Below are positions 57,201 through 64,000 of a DNA stretch of 64,000 nt, piece by piece (position 1 is the stretch's first letter; each line of letters starts with the position of its first letter). The notes under the pieces are model-generated. The model ran no database searches. It saw only the letters and a list, made by a program, of their open reading frames with translations, and was not told the DNA's origin. This DNA is from the human T2T-CHM13v2.0 reference genome, Homo sapiens: assembly GCF_009914755.1 (NCBI RefSeq), contig NC_060933.1. One strand, 5' to 3'. The position numbers and the translations under genes are program-made.

Positions 57201-60200
57201 TTAAGAGACAGGATTCTGCAAATGCATGAACAGAAGCTATGAAAGTAACATTGGCAGTAGAGAGAAAAAAATACAGGAAATTTACTTTATCAGTATAGTG
57301 ATTGAATCATTATTGATGCTTCTCACAACTTTGTTTTTGTTTTTCATTGTTTTCTTAAACATTCTGACAGCAAAGGAAATTATTATATGTGCAAATTGGG
57401 TATCACTTCTTAAACTTTTGAATCAGCTGGAAACTGCACTCAACTGAACCAGAGAAATCTAAAACAAATAAAATACCATTTATGAGAAAGCATTTAAGAA
57501 AATCATAAGCACGACAAGCATTTTTTCCCAACCCATACAGCTCAAATATAAATGATTCTAAAATGTATGTGCCATGTTTACAAATGTGCCCTTATTGAGA
57601 TTCATACCTGCACTACTTGTTTGTTCAGAGCCCTAAAACATTATAATAAAATTGAAACTCTCACTCTCAATTAGCGGATTCATTTCAATTAAGAAAGGAA
57701 AGCAAAAGAATAATTTTCATCAGCTTCCACTTACTTCTTAGTAAATGCTGTGATAAAATATATTTTAAGGAACCCGACATTACATTAAGAGGCATTATAT
57801 TAAGGAAAGAATAGGGATCTGGGTTATCAGACAGAACATTGTTTGAAAATCAATACTGCCATTTACTAGTTTTAGATTTTGGGCTGTTTTTCTTATCTTT
57901 CAAAAATAACAATTGTGAAGATTAAATAAAATAATGAACATAAAACATCCCTCGTACTGTCTGGCACAAAGTGCGTTCTCAGTAATCATATTTTCTTTTT
58001 CCTGTCATTCTATTTTTTAATTATTTCCTTCTAAGTAATATAAATTTCCCAATATTGGTATTAGTCTGGTGTGTTAGAGACTTTTTATATCATGCAATGT
58101 ATTGCAAAATATATTAAGGCCTTTTAAAAGATCAGTATTTATCAAGAATATAAGAGACTGAACTTTCTTTCATCAAAACTTAGACACAATTATTGAAGTA
58201 TAACTTTTCTGAAATGTGTCTTTATTCTAGAATATTCTTATCTGACAAAGATAGATGAGTAATATTCTCATATTATGCTTTCTTATTTTAATATAAAGAC
58301 AAATATATGTGTGCTGAGCTTATCTCAGTATACTGTTCCTACAATATTTTTATAAAGTCAGGGGTATTCTATGATAATATTTTATGCACCTGCCACTCCT
58401 CTTGCATATATAATCTAAAACAATATCCAATAGCAAGCTTTAATATATCTTCATCATTGAATGTATTACATTGGAATTAGGTAATTTTTTATGCATATGA
58501 ATATTTTATTTTACCTTGAGTTTCTCCAAATCTGGAACTGTTTGCTTGGGCCACTCCTAGTAACATGGTCCAGTAACCTGACATGGAAATCATTTACCAC
58601 TTCAAATATGAAGTATTAAATTAAATATAATTAAACTAATTCAAGACCAGTAACACAGCTGGTGAGTAAACAGAAGTAAATTCAAAAAACAAATTAAAGG
58701 AGACTGCTAGAACTGAGAGCACTTAAAATTTCTACTGAAAAACAAGTCACTAAGATGATCTCAATATAAAAAGTACAAGCCACAAAAGCAAAGGAACCCA
58801 CCATAAGGGAGAATCAGTAACTACAATAAGCTGAAAAATTTACTTCCCAAGAAATCGTAGAAAAGCCCAGGACTGGTTACTTTCAAATCCCAGTAGAGTA
58901 CCATGGGAGCAGCTGATTTTCAAATTTGCTGTATGTCAGTATCTCAATGATTTTAATCCATATATAAACTCATATTTTAGATGAAAAATGTCTAAGGTTT
59001 CTAATATTTTTTCGGCATATACAATACAGATAACGATAAGAAACTTTGGTCTAACATTGAATCTAAATATTTTATTTAAAAGCATATGAATAAATGAAAT
59101 GTGTAATATGTTGGCCTGTCTGACTACCATCTTTTACTACCTGCAAGAAGAAAATATGAAACACATTTTTAATAAATGTTTTATCAAACACATTTGTAAG
59201 GTAATATGGCACAATGAAAATTATACTAAGGTTCACTAAGCAGCCTTATACAAATTCAATAAATGCTAGATGTCTTTAAAGACAGCATCAGTTGCTTAGA
59301 TAAGTGAAGTAGCCTTCCTGACCAGAGGTTACTGGCACAAATCAATACAATGAAATATGCATTCAGTCCATATGGTATTTCAGTAATGGGTGCTTGAAAT
59401 TCAGTACACAGCTTTGCTATAAATCACAGACAGAAATTATATTAAAAGAAAGTTCGTTCTGTGATTTGAACTCAGAAATCAATGGAAATGTATACCAAAA
59501 ATAAAATACTTTTAGACATATACATCAAAAGAAAAATGATTTGTGTCATTGCCATTCATATTTCATCTTTTTGTTTCCTATGTCCAGCTTACATTGGATC
59601 CTTTCCATGTCTCCCTTTCCCCACACAGAAATACACAAGCATTCCCCATTGGGAAGAAATCCACACATGTGATCCTTATTAAAAATATAAGAAAAGCAAA
59701 AACCAGAGTAGCCAGAACCCGACTATGAATTCCTTGCTAGGAAAAGAGGGGCATGTGGCTTTTGCTGGTGGAGGGAAAAGAGGCTTTGAAACAGGAAGTT
59801 TTAGGGATTAGAATTAGAAAAAGACACCATAAAGCAACCATGATGCTGGTTCATTGAAACTGTATTTTAGTTTTGTTATTTATACACACTTACCCTAGGA
59901 GTTGAATAATGACAACATTTTACTACTGTATATTAAAACTATTATTGCCACATGTCATGGGCTTCCCAACATGCTTTCCTGCATACACATGCAAACAAGA
60001 AACACATGCAGCAGAACTCTGCGACCACGGTTGTGCTACAAACAGAAGCTGCTGTGATAAACTGACTGGGTGATGTTCAGTGACCTAAATTGAGGCTTAG
60101 AATAAGTGTGGGCGCGTGCCTGCCTTCATCAAATGAAAAGTAGGCCAAATATACATGTTTGCTTTTTTTTCCCACCACAGCTGCAAAACCTCTTTGTGTG

Positions 60201-62255
60201 TGTGTATGTGTGTGTGTGTTGGACTAGAAAAATAAATATGCCATTAACCTGAAAAAGAAATGAACCACAAGGTGGGTTTCCATCAAAATAGACATAAAAT
60301 AGATTACATATTAAACTCCAGATTGGGACATAGTTTGTGTTCCTATTCAATTCCCAATAATATATTAGAGTTTGCAATAAATAATAAATTCCCTGAGGAT
60401 ACATAGCATTGTGTCTTTTTTTTTTTTTTTTTACGATAATTAAGGCAAGGGTGAAAACAAAGACTTTTGTCTCATAAAATTGTGCCTTCTAAGATTACCA
60501 CCCAAATATAAAATAAATCCTAAGCTAGCAAACTGTGTTATTTTCTTCTCAATTGTAAGCATTTTCTGTGGGTTTGTGTGGAAATAGTGCCTATGAAGAT
60601 CATCATCAATATCCAGAACTGTCTAAACAAAAGCAGCCAAATTACTCTTTTACTCTAAAATATGGTTGGATGTAATACAATGCCACTTACTACTAGGCAT
60701 CATTGAAATCATTAAACATGAAGTGGAAATAGCCTTTTGCTAACGTTTCCGAAATGAGAGCTAAATTGTTGTATGCTGCGAAGTTGAAAGGAGGTATTTG
60801 CTGTCTGACACCTGAAAAAAGGACCTAAACAGGCAACTTCCATTACCACCAGAGGCAAATGGCGAGAATGCCTGCCTGTTAACTGAGAGCATTTCTCTTA
60901 ATGTTTTAAATTAACCAAAGAATTCACAACACAGAGAATTTCAGCACTATGCACACACAAAAAAGATCCCTAGGGAATAAATGTGTGTTTTTGAAAAGAT
61001 TTTCTGTGTAGGGAAATGAAATACTAAATGCATAGTGACCCTATGACCCTGCAAGCAAGAGGGACCTGTGGAATCACTTAGACCAACCCTGTCATTTTAC
61101 AAGTGAAGAAACTGAGGCCAGGAAAAGGTCAGTGAAGGATGCCAGGGCCACATAGTGAATCCATGTCTTATGACCACATTCACGGGATCTTTCTGCTATG
61201 CCTAGATGTCTGAGCCAGCAGAGTAGAAAAAAGCGATTATACAGCCAAATTTTATGTAAAACTCAATTTTATCCCAAATCATATATAGCACTTTTTTTCT
61301 TTTCTTTTCTTTTTTTGGCCAGAATTACCTAGAGTCAGTTTCTGTTTTACAAACAGACAAATGACCCACTTTTATATTTTAATAATTACGCCTTATTTCA
61401 AATGATAATAAATTCGCTTTTTGTAAATTTGGTATTTGTGGCAAGTGACGAGTGTAATATGATACCACACTGCATCTCAAACACCCAGGCCTACTGAAAT
61501 TGTTGCCTAATTTTCTATGTATGTAGCTTCCTGTCACTTGACTTTACATTGCCAGCACTGCAGCCACTGTGGTTGCCTTCCCAGCATGCAGCCCATACAG
61601 GTCTGGGCACAGATAGAGACTCTCATCCCCCAAGGCCATTATAATCTCAGTCTGTTCTCTTCTTTAGTAATCTCCCTTTCACATTTCCTACAGTTACTTT
61701 CCCAGCCTCAGGCCACTCTCCTCAAGGCCCTCATCTCATCCCAGTCACTACGCGAAGGGGTTTAGACTCTCACTCCACCAACTCCAACTTTCATCCCAAA
61801 TTTGTCTTCATCCACACCTCTCTTCGCTCTATTAAATATATTTTTACTTGTATTTGTTTTTCTCAGAGTACCTTATGGAATTCTCTGTTCTCATGCGCCA
61901 TCCCCCAAAAGAGTAGCTCTCTTTTGGCACAAAATTTCACATTTTTGATAAGACAGTCTAATAAATTATGGGCTCTGGTGAACCAATATGTTAGCAATTT
62001 CTGGGGCACTTTTTGTACTCTCTCAAGAACTTCTGAACACAGTGTCTTAAAACAGATGAATAAATCTCACTAAGGATATTTCAGAGGAAAGATCAATGGA
62101 GGGATATAGTTTTGGCAGTGGAACTTAGCAGTCCACCTCATATTATACCACAATGCATCAGATACTCCATCTTGATGTAGGGTTGTTATTCCATGCAGCT
62201 ATTTGTGATGAGGACAGTCATTTTGGGCAAACAAGTTATAAAATATCTTGCAGCT

Positions 62256-62575
<320 letters not shown>

Positions 62576-62809
62576 TGCAGCTTCTTATTTTAAATCATGT
62601 TTCTACATTTAACTGGTTAGTAATAAGCAAGAAATGATTTGCACAAATACAATTAAATGGAACCTTATAATGGACTATGCTGTCAGAATTTTATTATTAA
62701 AGGCTTATTCATCATTATCCAAAAAAACAAAGAAAACCAAACTAGAAATTATATAAACTCTCTGTTTTGAAAAAGTCTATGAGCCCATATCACCTATTTG
62801 TTTATCAGC

Positions 62810-63025
62810 TGAACATTGGTGGCAATCTTGGTTCTGTCCTTTTTAAACTTTATGAACTTGGTCAATACATAAAGTTTCTTTAAGCTCTGATTTCCTTACT
62901 TGTAAAGCACAGGAGAGGGATATCTGTCTCTGAGGATTGTTAAGATAAAATTAGATAACATTTTTAAAGTAGTAATCACACTGTCTGCCACATGACAGTC
63001 ACTTAATAAATGACAGGTGGTATTA
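62810..63025 (+). mobile_element. MIR
   Basis: GAGGATTGTTAAGATAAAATTAGATAA...CACTTAATAAATG. Confidence 0.65.
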
Positions 63026-64000
63026 TATTTCACAGTGAGTTTGCCCTTTACATGTAATACATAATTACTGATACCAGTCCAATTTTGGACTTTAGGGAAT
63101 GAATCCACATTTATAAAACTGAGAGAATTTTCAGGGAAAGAGTAGAATTTTCCCTTGCAACACCTTTTTTCTTTTTCCTTTAGAAATGAGTATTGCATAG
63201 CTCTATTGAGAATTCACCTCCTATTATTTAAAACAACGTTTGATTGGGTTCAAACTCTCTCCTGACATCTTCTCAAAGGACAATCCAAACTCTTCAATTA
63301 TCTTTTTCACATACATCTCAAAAGGTATTCTGAGTGCCTGAAAGGCAATAATTCTTTTCCCTTAAAGTTTTGAATTCCATCTGATGAAGATATTACACTT
63401 AGTGGAATAGTACCATGTCACAGAAACAATAGCTTAAATTAACCTCTCACTGTGTTCAGTCAGGTTCTTTCTTTTCCTTCATAAAAGTTGATTCAATGCT
63501 TTTGAAAGAGGCAAGATTGGCAAGGATGGAGAATTAAGGTCTTTGCATCAAAAAATAGGTACTGAGTAGAATGAGTAGCAATATCCTTAAAATTATTGGC
63601 TACAGAATATCAAATACATTTAGGGAAGGACGGCCTTAAGGAGGTGGTGGTAATTGAGTCTTCCTGGTACGTTTAGTCCAGGGATATATCCTAGGGATAA
63701 TAATCAGCTCTATTCAACATGGTGAGTGTTGGTTTTTAATTAAAAACAAACAAACCAACCCATCTTCATCATCTCTTAGATACACTGTGTTGCAAGATTA
63801 GAACCATCATATCAAATTACATGGAAGAAAGTTTTGACAGGACAATTTACCCTCAAGAATTTCAGAATGTGAGACTCAAACCTAAAATAATTCTTTAATC
63901 AACAAATACTTACCAGGTAGCTATCATCTCCCAATCTTTTATTTCCCATGAGGCACTGAGAATAAGAGAGGCATGCTCCCTTTTTCTATGGAGTTGAATG

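Noticed and set aside
59894-60248. Minus-strand 355-nt candidate exon (tttctttttcag ... AGG|gtaagt)
   Set aside because: Long for an internal exon, contains a microsatellite and has no ORF support; unsupported without RNA data.
60940-60960. TTCAGCACTATGCACAC resembling a REST/NRSE site
   Set aside because: The right half-site (GGACAG) is not matched.

Overview
This is human genomic DNA (it carries an AluYb8, a human-specific Alu subfamily). It is AT-rich and CpG-poor, with no CpG island and no intact protein-coding gene. The only long ORFs are broken pieces of one 5'-truncated primate L1 (17921-22059, minus). The rest is a typical repeat mosaic: old L1M, L2, MIR, MER5A, MaLR and ERV1 solo LTRs (several with intact TSDs) and Alus. 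One convincing exon is visible, a 34-nt minus-strand microexon (46598-46631) with textbook splice sites. It carries a complete strong-Kozak upstream ORF (M-M-V-P-V-H-stop), so the window is probably mostly giant introns in the 5'UTR of a very long minus-strand gene. PTPRD is my unverified guess from memory. The best leads are this uORF-cassette microexon, a recursive-splice-site-like architecture at 35077-35211, a strong CTCF motif at 2233-2251 and a DUX4 motif in a THE1C LTR. Repeat subfamily names come from my recollection of consensus sequences, and repeat boundaries without a TSD are approximate.
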